Source: Phallusia mammillata (lineage: Eukaryota). From it: DNA of 64,000 bases. Where the stretch lies: positions 18,352,001 through 18,416,000 of the forward strand of contig OZ281496.1 of NCBI GenBank assembly GCA_965637545.1. The letters are read 5' to 3'. The translations under genes and the position numbers were made by a program. Shown piece after piece: positions 33,720-46,700 of this stretch (its first letter is position 1; every line of letters begins with the position of its first letter). The notes beneath the pieces are model-generated. The model was given only the letters and a program-made list of their open reading frames with translations, ran no database searches and was not told the DNA's origin.

Positions 33720-34604
33720 ATGGTGGCCTATGAGTGCCACCTAAAAAACATGACATTAAAATAGAAAATTAACTTCAAATAGCGAAGTAATTTGAAAACT
33801 CAAATGAAAATTCAAATAAAATTGATTTGTGAATTAAAAGTGATTTTAAAACGAAAAGTGATTTGAAAATAAAAAATGATTTTCAAACGAAAAGTGAAAT
33901 GAAAACGAAAAGTGATTTGAAAACGAAAAGTGTTTTCAAATCACTTTTCGTTTTCATTTCAATTTTCGTTTTCAAATCACTTTTCGTTTTCATTTCACTT
34001 TTCGTTTGCAAATCACTTTTCGTTTTCAAATCACTTTTCGTTTTCATTTCAATTTTCGTTTTCATTTCACTTTTCGTTTTCAAATCACTTTTCGTTTTCA
34101 TTTCAATTTTCGTTTTCAAATCACTTTTCGTTTTCATTTCACTTTTCGTTTGCAAATCACTTTTCGTTTTCAAATCACTTTTCGTTTTCATTTCAATTTT
34201 CGTTTTCATTTCAATTTTCGTTTTCAAATCACTTTTCGTTTTCATTTCACTTTTCGTTTGAAAATCATTTTTTATTTTCAAATCACTTTTCGTTTTCAAA
34301 TCACTTTTCGTTTTCATTTCACTTTTCGTTTGCAAATCACTTTTCGTTTTCAAATCACTTTTCGTTTTCATTTCAATTTTCGTTTTCATTTCAATTTTCG
34401 TTTTCAAATCACTTTTCGTTTTCATTTCACTTTTCGTTTGAAAATCATTTTTTATTTTCAAATCACTTTTCGTTTTAAAATCACTTTTAATTCACAAATC
34501 AATTTTATTTGAATTTTCATTTGAGTTTTCAAATTACTTCGCTATTTTAAGTTAATTTTCTATTTTAATGTCATGTTTTTTAGGTGGCACTCATAGGCCA
34601 CCAT
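33720..34604. mobile_element. Foldback-type element: long inverted repeat with internal 18-bp minisatellite
   Basis: Outer ~120 bp are near-perfect inverted repeats starting ATGGTGGCCTATGAGTGCCAC. Inner parts are 18-bp units (AATCAC/TTTCAC/TTTCAA + TTTTCGTTTTCA) that switch strand at 33932/33933. No clear TSD. Confidence 0.85.
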
Positions 34605-36998
34605 ACATATGTATTTGAATATAAACTCACCTAAACAATTTAAAATAACCAGTAACTTTTTTGTTCACTGCATGTGTTTTTGATGCATCTTTTAGCCTTT
34701 GGGTTTTGTAATGAAAACAAAAACTAGTTGCATCGCGAATCTTAAGTAGTTTCATTGTTGGGGTTACCATCACGGATAGCACTACGGTGCGGTACGCAGA
34801 AAAGGTAATCAAAAACTACGGTACCCAAAGAAAGCAGATTTTTATGCACGGTACGCTCATCTACCAGAGCGTACAACCAAAAGCGTACCGTACCATCTTA
34901 TTGGTACCCAAAATAAATGTCAGGCAAATGGTCCTTTTTAGTATCGTTTCCATTTGTAAAGTACATTGATTAACCGCAATTAAAGTTATTCAACGAAATA
35001 ACAAATCTGCTCTAAGACCCTGATCTTGCCAATTGTATCATCAGAGAAGCGCACATGACAAAAATAAAGATTGAATCAACACTTGTGAATGATTCTTAAA
35101 TTAGTTAAATAAAGTTGGTTCAACTTGTAACTTTATTTGTACCAAGGATTTGACATTAAAAACATATGCGATAGGTACCGTACCATACTGCCACCATTGC
35201 CTGTGATTTTAGCATCTACATGGTTTTAACAATTTTAAAATACCACTCCAATGTTAATGATAGTCGAAAGTCTAAAAGGCAAGATTACAGAATTATTTTT
35301 TGCAGAAACACTCTTTGCAAATAATGGTGTCGATTTCACGTTATTTTTAGTGGTTTCGTAACCAATGGACTGAAGTTATAAGAATCTTATCTTACAGATT
35401 ATTGCAGCGAAGTGCTTGTCTATAATTGTGACCTGTCACATATTACAAGACATTTTGTGGCATATAAACCAAAAGCAACAATTATTTATATCTTTCCACT
35501 TTGGATACCAAATATTCACTATTTCCACACTCTCGACCTTACTTGTAATAATTGCTTTTTTTGTTCATGAGACTACAAAATGCATTGAATTCCTCGAGCC
35601 GGTATATCAATTGTTCAATCTTTGTGGGGTTTATTTGATGAAAAGGTTTGAAGTAAAAAAGTATGGCCACTTACGAGCTTTTTTGCACCTATAAAACAGA
35701 GTTTGCAAAAAAGTCAGGGTTTGCAAAAAATAGTTCTGAGAAATGTGTTGAACCCCAATGCCCTACTACACCAGGGTGTCTTATACTTTCTAGTTCCGTC
35801 GCAACGAACTGAAAAAAGCCTTTGTCCGCATGCAACGTATTTAGTAGAGTTTATTTCTCTTGGTGAAAGTTATCATTGCGACATAACTGCATTAAAGCAA
35901 TCACCAAGCCGAAAATAGCTGCACAAGCGAAGTTCAATTTCAAGCGTGACGTTTGTTAAGTTTCGATGCGCTTGACCGATTTTTTTTTCATTCTTCGCGA
36001 ATTGAAGAGCGTGTTGATATACAACTTTTTTGTACTACGTAAATAATAATGTTTTGGAGCAAATTTTTAGGAGATATGGAGGGTAGCTGACTTTTTAGGG
36101 CTCAGTAGACGACTAAATTTTACATTTTTTGGAATTTTAAGGGCAATTCATAATATTGTGCTGAGGATCAATCCTTTCCAATCTGACACGAATTCAGCGA
36201 GAATGGCTAGTTTGCCAGTTCGTTATGGGATCGTCTTGTCTTCTGATACCCTGGACAGTCCAGTGCATAAAGGTATGCGCGAGAGTTCCATGTTTTTGAA
36301 GTAAGTAGTATAAATGCTAAAATAACAAGGTATATCAGAGAACGCATAATATAAAGCGTTGTAAAGACATAAAACAACAGTAACAAAATCCATTCTAGCA
36401 CACATTTTTACCCAAGACAACTTTTGCAAGCTTTTCAAAATACCTAATTTGTTTTTAATTTTATTCTGAAAGTCCTTTTCTTTTTTTCTGTTTTTTTGTA
36501 TGATATTTCCTCATGCGAGAAAAAAAACATACGATAGTTAAAATATATTCTCTCATTCTGATATATATCTACACACTTTAATTCTTTCCATTTTAACTTT
36601 TTCAAAAGCATTTATAAATTCCTATATTTTTCGAAGAGAAATGTTTAGTTAAAAATGCTATGTACGATTTTTCAATTTCCGACAAAAGCCTGAGAAAGTA
36701 AATTTTGATGACGCATGATTTGTTTCCACCTTTCACGATCTAATTTTTTTCGGTAAGTGAGCTGCATCCATTGCACAAATTTGCACCATGTTCTTTTTAG
36801 CAAACAAGGGTTCAATTGCCACATATAAATGACATTAACACACATATGATGAAATAAATTAGTGAACGGAAATTAATTAGAAAAAAAGAAACATCACATT
36901 GTAAAGAATATGTCCCCATATGTAATATCTGTTGTTGGTAAAATTGTATTGAAATATACATCCCAGGGTTAATTGGAGTCAAACAACTTCTACTAGAT

Positions 36999-37347
36999 CA
37001 GGGGTTCTTAACCAGGGGTACATGTACCCCTTGGGGGTACGAAGCACCAAAGTAGGGGGTACGACAGTCAATGCGAAATTATACATTATTTAGGCATATT
37101 TGTGAAGAATGCGTAACAAGCTACTTTGTTATGTGTAGTTGATTTTAATTACCTGATTGTTGGTGTTCTGTAAATTTTGTTGAACTTACAAGACTGTTTT
37201 AATGCATGCATTCAACATGTAAGTTATAAATACACTGAGATTAATTCCCATTATTGTTTGCTTCTGTCGGCCATTGTAGAGAGGGGGTACGAGAAAATAT
37301 CATGAAAGCTCAAGGGGTACAAGCGCTAAAAAGGTTAAGAAACACTG
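36999..37347. mobile_element. hAT (Buster-type) MITE, 349 bp
   Basis: TIR CAGGGGTTCTTAACC / CAGTGTTTCTTAACC; TSD TACTAGAT at 36991-36998 and 37348-37355; GGGGTAC subterminal motifs. Confidence 0.92.
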
Positions 37348-38277
37348 TACTAGATGGTAGGTACCTGTGGTAATTTAGACTGTTCTCATTAGATTGGCAT
37401 TTGTCTAAATCTGGACTTGTCTTAGATTTTAAATTGTGTCAAAGGCCACAACAATGTTTACATGCATTCTGCTGCCACATTCCACTGTAAGGTTTTTTCA
37501 CATGTTGGAGGTTTTTGCAACTGTTAACAATTACAAAAGTATGTTGCCTCAACTGACAAACATCCAAACTCAATGTTAACTGTTTGTTTTCCACAACAAG
37601 TGAAATATTTCAGAATTACATGGATGTATTTGTTTTAATAACTGAATCTTTTTTAATGGTTTATATTCTTTTCACGGACCTTTGTTACACAAAACTCATA
37701 TTTAACTACTTTTCTAGTTGATAGAAATCAGCCTTGGAATTGATTATGTACTAAATTTCACAACATAACAATCAACAGAACAGGATAATGAATAAAAAAT
37801 CATTACAACAAATACAATGAGTACATGGGTGGAAATACCTACGCGCTTTATCTATATTCAACACACGTTCATATAACAATTCAAACAATTTGTGTGTTGT
37901 TGAATACTGTTTTTTGAAACAAAAAGAAATATAATGGGAGCATTTAACCTACATTGGTTTCACCCAGGTACTGTTCATTGAATGTGTTTTTTCTTCTTCT
38001 GAATTTCCAATCTCATCTTAAGACATGAGTCACAAATTGGTATTTGGTCACTTATTTTCTGTATGTATTGGTAATCCTTCTTCGTTGTGAAGTAGGTGGT
38101 AATTAAAATCCCAAGCACTTTCTCAGTGATCAATGCAACAGCTTTGATTTTTTAAAATTTTACTGTCTGATCACAGTTAATTTACAAGTTGCTCCGCTGT
38201 TTTTAATTTAGTGATTTATTGAATGTCGTTACGGAGCTTCAAGTACATGGAGATTTTCACAGACTTAAACTTTTCCT

Positions 38278-38776
38278 CAGTGTTTCATACCGGAACGGAA
38301 CGAAACCAAATAACGTTATTCGTTAAGAGCAATTTTTTTTATTTCGTTATTTGGTTCTGGACCGATATTTTCATTCCGTTCCGCTCTGACCGAAATAAAT
38401 TTATAACGGTATTTTTCGGTATTTCGGTTTTAAAAAAGGAACATTTATTTGTGGTCTTAACAACTATTCAGCGAAAAAAGAAAGAAAGTTGCAATATTGC
38501 CGGTAGTTGTTACGTGACATAACATTTGTCAATGATGGTAAAACGGATGTAAATTGTAGGACCTTCAATTTTTATTATAGCTTAAAGACGCGAAATTTTA
38601 AGCAATTGTTTCGTGTCAAATGTCCCGAACGAAATACCGGAATAAAAAATATCGTATTTCGTTCCGTTCTGGTATTTTGAATATTTTTATTGCGGTATTT
38701 CGTTCCTGTATTTGAGCCAAAAATTATTTATTTTGTTCCGGTATAACGCTCCGTTCCGTTCCTGTACGAAACACTG
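38278..38776. mobile_element. hAT-type MITE, 499 bp
   Basis: TIR CAGTGTTTC(A/G)TAC(C/A)GGAACGGAACG; TSD CTTTTCCT at 38270-38277 and 38777-38784. Confidence 0.92.
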
Positions 38777-39140
38777 CTTTTCCTAAACCTGGATGTTTAT
38801 GTACGTATTGTTGCCAAGTTTTTCTAACAAAATTTTTTTATTGGTGCCTTGAAAGGCAAAACATTTTTTCTATGCTTTTTTTAAATGTAATCATTAACCC
38901 CTTAACTGTGTTTGCTAGTGTGTATGTAACTTTCCTTTGCAACATAGCACTAATTCCGAAACATAATCTATTCAACATTACTAATACATCACACTTTGCT
39001 TTAAAGTTTTAAAAGTAACATATATTTACAAAATCATATGTACATGATGACAGATCAAATATGTAATGATTTACATGATGAAAAACAGATCAAATATATA
39101 CAAACTTCCAAAGCTGCAACAAATATTTGAGGAATTTTTG

Positions 39141-39880
39141 CTATCGTTTAAGTTGATTTTTGTTTTTGTCTTCTTCATCCGCACGAGCATTGTGTCTCAC
39201 AGCTAAACTCGAAAAGCGATTCATAGATTCTTGTAGAGAAGCCAACTTCACCACCATCCATTTTTTTGCCCTGGAAAGTTGATCTTCTAATGCTTTTGAG
39301 TAAAGCAAAGGATTAAGGGCGCTGTTGATTGGAAGCAACAGACAAACGCTCAATACATAAGCATCAGGTGGCATCTTGATTCCTCCAATGCTCAAATATC
39401 CCATGACACAAATTGGAATCCAGCAAAAGAAGTCGGTCAAAATCAACCTCAAGATTCGTTTCTGCATCTTGGAACTAACATCATTGCTTCTGGATCCTTT
39501 CATACGGTTGCTCTGCTTGAAGATCAGAATATATGCAATCACCATATGGATGAACATAACAAAATTGATTGTAATGCGAAAAGCTAAAAATTCCCAAGCA
39601 AATTCACTGGTTGTGGAAAACAAACGCGGCATACAGACCCTTGTTTCTCCATAATATCCAAACTCCCCTTTGATTGGGTTACGAGAAAACGTTTCCTTAA
39701 TAGTTTTTTTCACATCGTTCCAACTTTTTGGTTTCATACCGTTAACCTTTTCTGCAAAAAGTGACATGTTTTTACTGGAAACAAAGTCATTTCCAAAAAT
39801 GTTGTTTGGAAACCAAACATCAGTTGAAAAATCCTTGGGGCTAAAGGGGAGCATTAAAATAAAGAAAAAAAACTTGTAAG
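39141..39880 (-). pseudogene. Class A GPCR fragment (end of TM4 to TM7 and C-tail), RXFP/LGR/GRL101-like
   Basis: ECL2 FGYYGETRVCMP; TM5 TINFVMFIHMVIAYILIF; TM6 LILTDFFCWIPIC; TM7 LLPINSALNPLLYS. No intact TM1-TM3 found upstream. Confidence 0.8.
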
Positions 39881-40066
39881 TGGAAATGGTGTGTGACTGT
39901 TGACGTGAGGTGGTCGGTGCTCAATTAAACAGAACAATTGAAAGGAGTAGTATTCTTTCCTCTCGTCTGTGACGTAACAAAACCGATATTGGATCATACT
40001 TGCGCGTTGTAATCCTGTTGAACCAGATAACAGAATCTATTCTGCAGATTTGCGCAGTCTTTAACG

Positions 40067-41015
40067 CAGTGGTTCTTAACCGGGGTTTGATCGAACCCCA
40101 GGGGTTCGGTGACGCCGATTTAGGGGTTCGACGAAGGTATTTTTGAAGTACAAGACAAATACTCGTTTTCGTCAAACTTTAAGGTCTATATTCGTATAAA
40201 ATGGCAATTTGTATTTGTCAAATATCGAAACGCTGGAAGGTTACACTAAGGCAGGGGTACACAACCTGCGGCCGGACGGCGCCGCAGAGTCGATTTTGTG
40301 CGGCAGTGAACATGTTTATTAAAATATATATGTACTGGCGGCCGTGACGTAAATAAAACTCTTTTGCTAAATATTTTCTTTTTTAAACTGCTCTAAACAG
40401 TTCTTAACCATACGCGTCAGACTTTTTGTACACCATTGTGTGCCAACAATGCGAACAAACAGGTACCACAAGCATCACAATATAGATCATGACATCATAA
40501 ACACTTAGGACTGATCTCTACGCTGTGCAGCTCAATCTGTGCACAAATTAAAACAAAAATAAACAGGTAAATGGCGGTCGTTTGTGAAATAAGAATCTGC
40601 GATACGGCCGTCCTAGCAAAAAGGTTGTGCACCCCAGCACTAAGGTTTTATTTTCTTTTTTTGACGTAACAAAGAACATTGTGCGCGTTGTTCGGAAGCA
40701 GAAAAACAACGAAATTTTGTTGGCAGCAAAAAAAAACTTTTTCTTGTTTGTGCACAGATGCTAAAATACAATACTTCATTTTGATAAAAACTAAAAATTG
40801 CCGGAATTAAAGCAATCCTGAAACAAGTTGCTTGTATTATTATGTCAGAATTTAACAACATGACAAACATTAAATGTTGTCACTACGTTGGAAAAAACTA
40901 GTTATGACTCACCAAACAAAATGGGTTAAAAACCTAGGATGTAACTTTGGGCTTCGACCAAATGCTGAAGATTATCGTAGGGGTTCGGCCGTTATAAAAA
41001 GGTTAAGAACCACTG
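40067..41015. mobile_element. hAT (Buster-type) MITE with a nested MITE
   Basis: Perfect 15-bp TIR CAGTGGTTCTTAACC; TSD CTTTAACG at 40059-40066 and 41016-41023; GGGTTCG subterminal motifs. Confidence 0.93.
40252..40637. mobile_element. Nested hAT MITE, 386 bp
   Basis: TIR CAGGGGTACACAACC / CTGGGGTGCACAACC; TSD CACTAAGG at 40244-40251 and 40638-40645. Confidence 0.9.
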
Positions 41016-43715
41016 CTTTAACGCATTACGGATGATACGGCCCACAGGTTGTAATTTTGTTACTCCTGGTTTGAACAATGTCTAACCGACACCCGTACAA
41101 ACATAACACAAGTGTTAAAGAACATAACAGTAAACATATTTTGCGGTATGATTTATGTCGTACGTTGGCACCCATAGAAATTGTTTTGAACTTGATTTGT
41201 TGAATTTTTTATTAAGTTGTTCCGTCCCGACCTTTAGTTCATTTTACTACAAAGTTTTTCTACCACGGCGCGCATCGGACACACAGCTTTGAAGAGTGTC
41301 AGAGGATGGCAGTCTTTATCTGTACTGATAAAATGTTATTACAACACTTCTCCGTTTTCACCTCAGTTGGTATTTTTCCATTTTCAAATATAATAACATT
41401 TCATCTGTACAGACATAATAAAGTCTGTCAAAAAAATTGATAGGCAAAACCTAAATCGTACGGTTGGAGTGAAACACCATTATACAGATAAACAGTGCTC
41501 AACAAAAATATATGGACGGAGTTTAAGTCAAGATGTTTTTGGGTGCTACTTGTAATTTTCTGATATTTAACTCTCTGTTAAATGCACTCTGACACCCCTG
41601 ACTACAAAATATAAATTACATGTTCAACATTGTGGGGCGTTTAATTGACTATCTATACCACAGCGACATGCTTTTCGCAATACAGTGCAGACAAGTGAAG
41701 GTATACACGGTGTGAGTCGCACAATGGAACCTGGCAGAAGTTTTATGTCACGCTCGTTTTTTTAGTAGTAGAGTAAAAGGGATAGGATAAAAAAAAACGG
41801 AAGAGACAATCTATACCTGCTTGTAAATCGGGTCTCACGAGAGTGAGGTGCATCATGTACGCCACACCAGGGCCAAACACAATGTCGACGCAGACAGATA
41901 AATTCTTTTACACAAAGGAGTCTCCAAAATTTTATAAACGTGTGGTTATGTTTATACTTCTACGGTCGATTAGTTTGCCAGATTTTTGTGCAGCTGGGAC
42001 TAGACGAATGCTCTTTGATCGCTTTTAATATGCATGATGTGCGTGTTACGTTATTTTATAACATAACACGGTATATAAGACAAAGTAACATTTGAAATAA
42101 GCAACAAGAACTTCGTCACACAAATAGCCACAAACGTCATAAACACTCGGAACCCCCATACCTTTATATTAGGTTATGTAGGTAAAGCGTATTTGTCCAA
42201 TCAGCATCCATAGGTGAATGGTCTCTTGTTTTTAAAGTGAACGTCTTTAACACGCTATTTCGTAGTATTTGGTTTGTACGCAATGTTTTATGCTTCACAA
42301 AAACTGTTAACCGCATTAACGGTGCCAAGTCAAGTGTAACTGACCACTTCTTCTTTCGAGTAAATGCCTTTCTCTCTCCTTTTTCAAACATTGCTCTCTC
42401 GTTTTCAGTATATATGAAGAGTTTAGAGTTGGAGTAAAAGACTCCACTGTGCATTTTGTGTTTACGTTGTAGTTCGCTGTATTTCGTGTCTCTATGTGTT
42501 TGTTTAACTAATTATTTGCTAAATATATTTCTAACCATACTAAATGCAGTGGCGTTGTTCTTTACTTTAGGATAGGCAACTCGATATATAACCAAATAGA
42601 ACTCACGTGCGTCCTTATGGCTATCGTGTGAAAAAATGAGACTTATTTACTAGCTGATAAACATTAGGTTTATCACGGCAGCATAAGGCGCAACAGCGCG
42701 TAAAGGCCAATGTTCTTACACTGTTTTAATGCCACACCAGTATCATGATGATTAAAATCCATGTTTACTTTTAAATTGTCCAATATTTTTTTTGTGTCTT
42801 TTAGGCCTGAGCTTGTTTATTATATATCAGCACTATAAAAGATATAAAATAAAAGTTTAACTGTTTGCGTTGGATTTATGTTGTGTTGTTGCAATTGAAA
42901 GTACCGAAACATTTAAACACAAAACAAATCCTAAATAAGATTACTCTACTGTAGACAACCAGAAACAGCATCATGTAAATGGGTGCCCAAATACTTTTAA
43001 TAGATAAATTGCCTTGTTACACTAACATATGATGACTAAATCCTCTACCGCCATGCAGAAAACTGCTGGTCGTGCTGTCGAAGGGCAAAAGGTTTTACCT
43101 TTTAGGTTTTAAATGTTTTGTTTAAGTATGATAATAAAAGTCTCAAAGAAACCGAATCGTCGCTAAGTTTATCATCGAGTTTCGAACGTGTGGTACGCGT
43201 TCCTGGCCAATACAAACACATGGCTAACGTTTTAACGATGCAAGCAATTGTGATGCAATGATAATTAATCAAGTAAGTCAAAAATGTGTGCTAAGTGCAT
43301 TTTCTGATTGAAACGGAATTATAATGTATAAAAGTTTCGTTATTTGGTTCTATGTCGGCACATTATGCGAGGAGTACCTATTCCGCGCGTAGCATCGGAT
43401 GTCGGTGCCAATACATTACTATCGGATCATCCCTGTTTAAAACCAAAACGGGTTTAGTGTCTCACATATTTAGTTATCTAAGCTAAAAGCCGTCGAAGAT
43501 TTTTGCTCTATTAAAGATAAGGCCAAACGTATTAAATATAGACTTCTTTTTGGTGCTACCAAAATTTAAATACAAATGTTCATTTGTGATCACCCTTTAA
43601 TAATATGACTTTCCGTTTAAATAACATGGTGATTAAATGAGCAACAGCAAAACACAACCAATAATTATGCATTGGAAGAATACAGCAAGCACTTTTTGAC
43701 TTTTATCTCTCAGGT

Positions 43716-46700
43716 TCATTTTTTAAGCATCATGGCACAAATAAGAATCAGGATCATCATCATTGTAGTCACAAAAAGACACATGTTGAAAGATGTCCAA
43801 ATTCCGTCCATTGTATTGCTCACTTCTGTTAAAATACCTTTGTTTAATCATGTGACAAGCGGAGGTTTATCTATTGACAGGGGATACACTTACCAACACA
43901 AGTCTTTCCATCACTACCAAGAAAATATCCTACAGGGCAAATGCATATCGGTTTTCCTCTTCCATCGATCATGCACTTATAAGAACAACCTATTTCATTC
44001 TTTAAAAAAATGGACGTCATTAATTTTTGCCCCAAACTTTGCAAAACCATACAAAAGACAATTACTTTGTCACAGGATGGATTGACTGTCTCCTTTTCGT
44101 CTCCAACAATGTTAAAAGGTCCAAGCACAATATTTCTCACACCTCTTTCAGCCCCAGCTTCATTTTCAACTGATCGTTTGACAATTATATCGTTTTCACA
44201 GTTCTGAAAAAATAATCATGTGTAAATTAAAAGTAAATTGAAAGAATGTGAATAGAAGTATTTTCCTACTATTTGACAGTTTTCATCCATATTTTTCTGG
44301 CAGATGTTCATGTTGCATGACATCCACAACTCCTGCTCTCTATCCTGTCTATGAGACCAACTGAAACCGAGAAAGGAAATTCCAAACACTCTTGGATCTG
44401 TCAGGTTGTAGATGATGTTTCCGTTTATAGTAAGAGGATCTTCAACTGCACATCTATAATTTTGTTCGTAAAATAACCACCTAACAATAATATTTTGTCT
44501 CAACCAGTTCTTTACCCGTTATCGACAAGTGGATAGATGAGAATCGCTTCGTTTTGGGATGGCTTGACGTCGCAGGTAATACCCTAAAATAAATGATTGT
44601 CTGTACAGTGGCAATAATAATGAATAAAACAACATGCAACATTTCGCACCTGTAAAACCAAATCGGTTTCGGTGTCAACATTAATTTTAACACCAATGTA
44701 AACAGGAGATCCAATTGTTATTGTCCGTTCATTTTCGATTGTCATAAAAGTATCTGATGCGTAACGAGCCATTTCCATGACAAAGGATGTTGAAGATTTG
44801 CCCAAATGAACGACAACTTGACTGTATAAAATAAAATTTCAGGCAAATTTAATTATTTCACAAAATATTTTCTTTTCCCTTCGCCAGTGTCTGAAAACAA
44901 AAAAATGTTTAAGCGGGTTGAAACCAGTAACACATGCAAAAATACACACGCACAAACACAAAAAATAAATTCTTTTGCTATGAGTGACTGCAACTGCAGA
45001 CCGGGAAACAAGGTGCATAAACTCAACTAAAAGCACGCAAACTGGCAGAAATTGAGATAAAACGCAGAGGAAAAAACTTGAAAGGGGTGTAAAATATCGA
45101 AGCGATTGTAGGCAACGTACTGTATGAATCGCCATCTCTTTAATATTGTATGTCAAAAAAGCTTGGCGCACGATACACAAGATTATAAAAAAGCAATTGG
45201 TAATTTTGATTTGTGAGGTATACATCGATAAAGCAATAAAATTTGGTTTTCACCCAATGAAACTCTCATCGAGTTGTTTGGCTGACGCCGGCTGAAAGTG
45301 TGGGGCTGACTTTACGGCCTATACTCAGCATTACCACAGAAAACCTGTCCGACTTTTTCAAACAAAGCAAGATATTGCTCTGAGCTACAATGTAATTTTA
45401 GCAGGGTAACCGCACATAAAAAGGTTTGATATATAAGGACATTCATGGGCAAATTTAACTAACACCACTATCGATGTTCCAGCGATAGTGTTTCCGGTAA
45501 AAAGTTGGCCGCAATTGCCTTGACCATTAGTCACGTTTCTGCCTTTGCCGTTTGCGGTTTTATGTTTATGTTGTGCAATTGTCTTTTGAAATAATAAAAT
45601 ACAGTGTTTTTTTATACTTTAATTTCTTGCAGTAGTAATGATCCAGAATCATTGCAGTCCTTTGGTTTATTTACGTAGAGATTTATTTAATAAGGCAATA
45701 TTTATTAGGATTATAAAGTATTCATATGCTTTACTTAAAGTAATTGCATTTTAGTCTTACCTTATCATAACTGTCAGAGGCTGAGAAAGTGACACAACTT
45801 CGGTGCGATTGAACGCACATTGAAACTCAATAATTGGTTGTTGGTCGCTGCGAGAAATGATGTGTTCACTTGATGTTTGAAGAAGCAACAATTTGTAGGT
45901 CACAACAATCTCACTGTCGGTCTCCTGCATTTAACTTTTCAGTTAGGAGTAATTCCCAAACGAGTGAAATCGGACTACCATATTGACAAACCGAATGCAT
46001 ATTTACATTAATATTTGCTGAGCATTGCTCATGTCCACCAGTGAATTCCACCTCATATGTGTCAGAATCATTGTTTTTAAGAGCAAAACAATTGACCAGA
46101 GGCTGCAGACCGTCATCGACCAGTTGAAGTTGGTGACCCGCTGTAGGCAACAAATTTCGCACGTAAGGCCCCGACAAGCTGCAACATAGAACGAATATTG
46201 TTTCCAAATCGATGCAATGCGTATTTTTGAAAAAACAGGATTTTATAGAAAATATTATGTCTTGTTAAAGTGCAAGAATTACTCTGTTTCAGTTTTATTT
46301 GTTTGAACCCAAAAATTATTTTCTAATTTTATTCAACACGATTCATACATTTGTGCTTTAGAAGAATGAGACCTTTGCAACTTACCTCGTTTTGACACCA
46401 GTAGATGAGCAATTAACAGTAAAATCTGAAAAAAAGGATTAAATTAAGACATGAAAAACTTAATAACAACTATTAAAGTTGACTAATATTTTAAAGAAAT
46501 GCTTGACTTGTGTACCTTCGCTATTCGTGTCTTCACTTTTACTGATTGTGACCCTGAATCCTTGGCGACCTCGTGACACGTCAGAGGTCATAAACATTCG
46601 AAAACTTGACCCATACGTTTCAAACAGGAACTGGTTGTGATTTCCCGTAATTTTTAAGTTTGGTGACGAGGGATCATCAGAAATCACCTTTATTCATCAA

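Noticed and set aside
33863-34512. Four overlapping long ORFs with hexapeptide repeats (e.g. MKTKSDLKTKIE)
   Set aside because: They result from an 18-bp tandem unit lacking stops inside a foldback element; there are no splice or start signals and both strands are open.
34780-35190. Cluster of CGGTAC/GTACCG motifs suggesting an old MITE
   Set aside because: Termini and TSD could not be defined.
36207-36401. Hydrophobic 64-aa minus-strand ORF that could be a terminal exon
   Set aside because: No family motif and no linked upstream exon could be supported.
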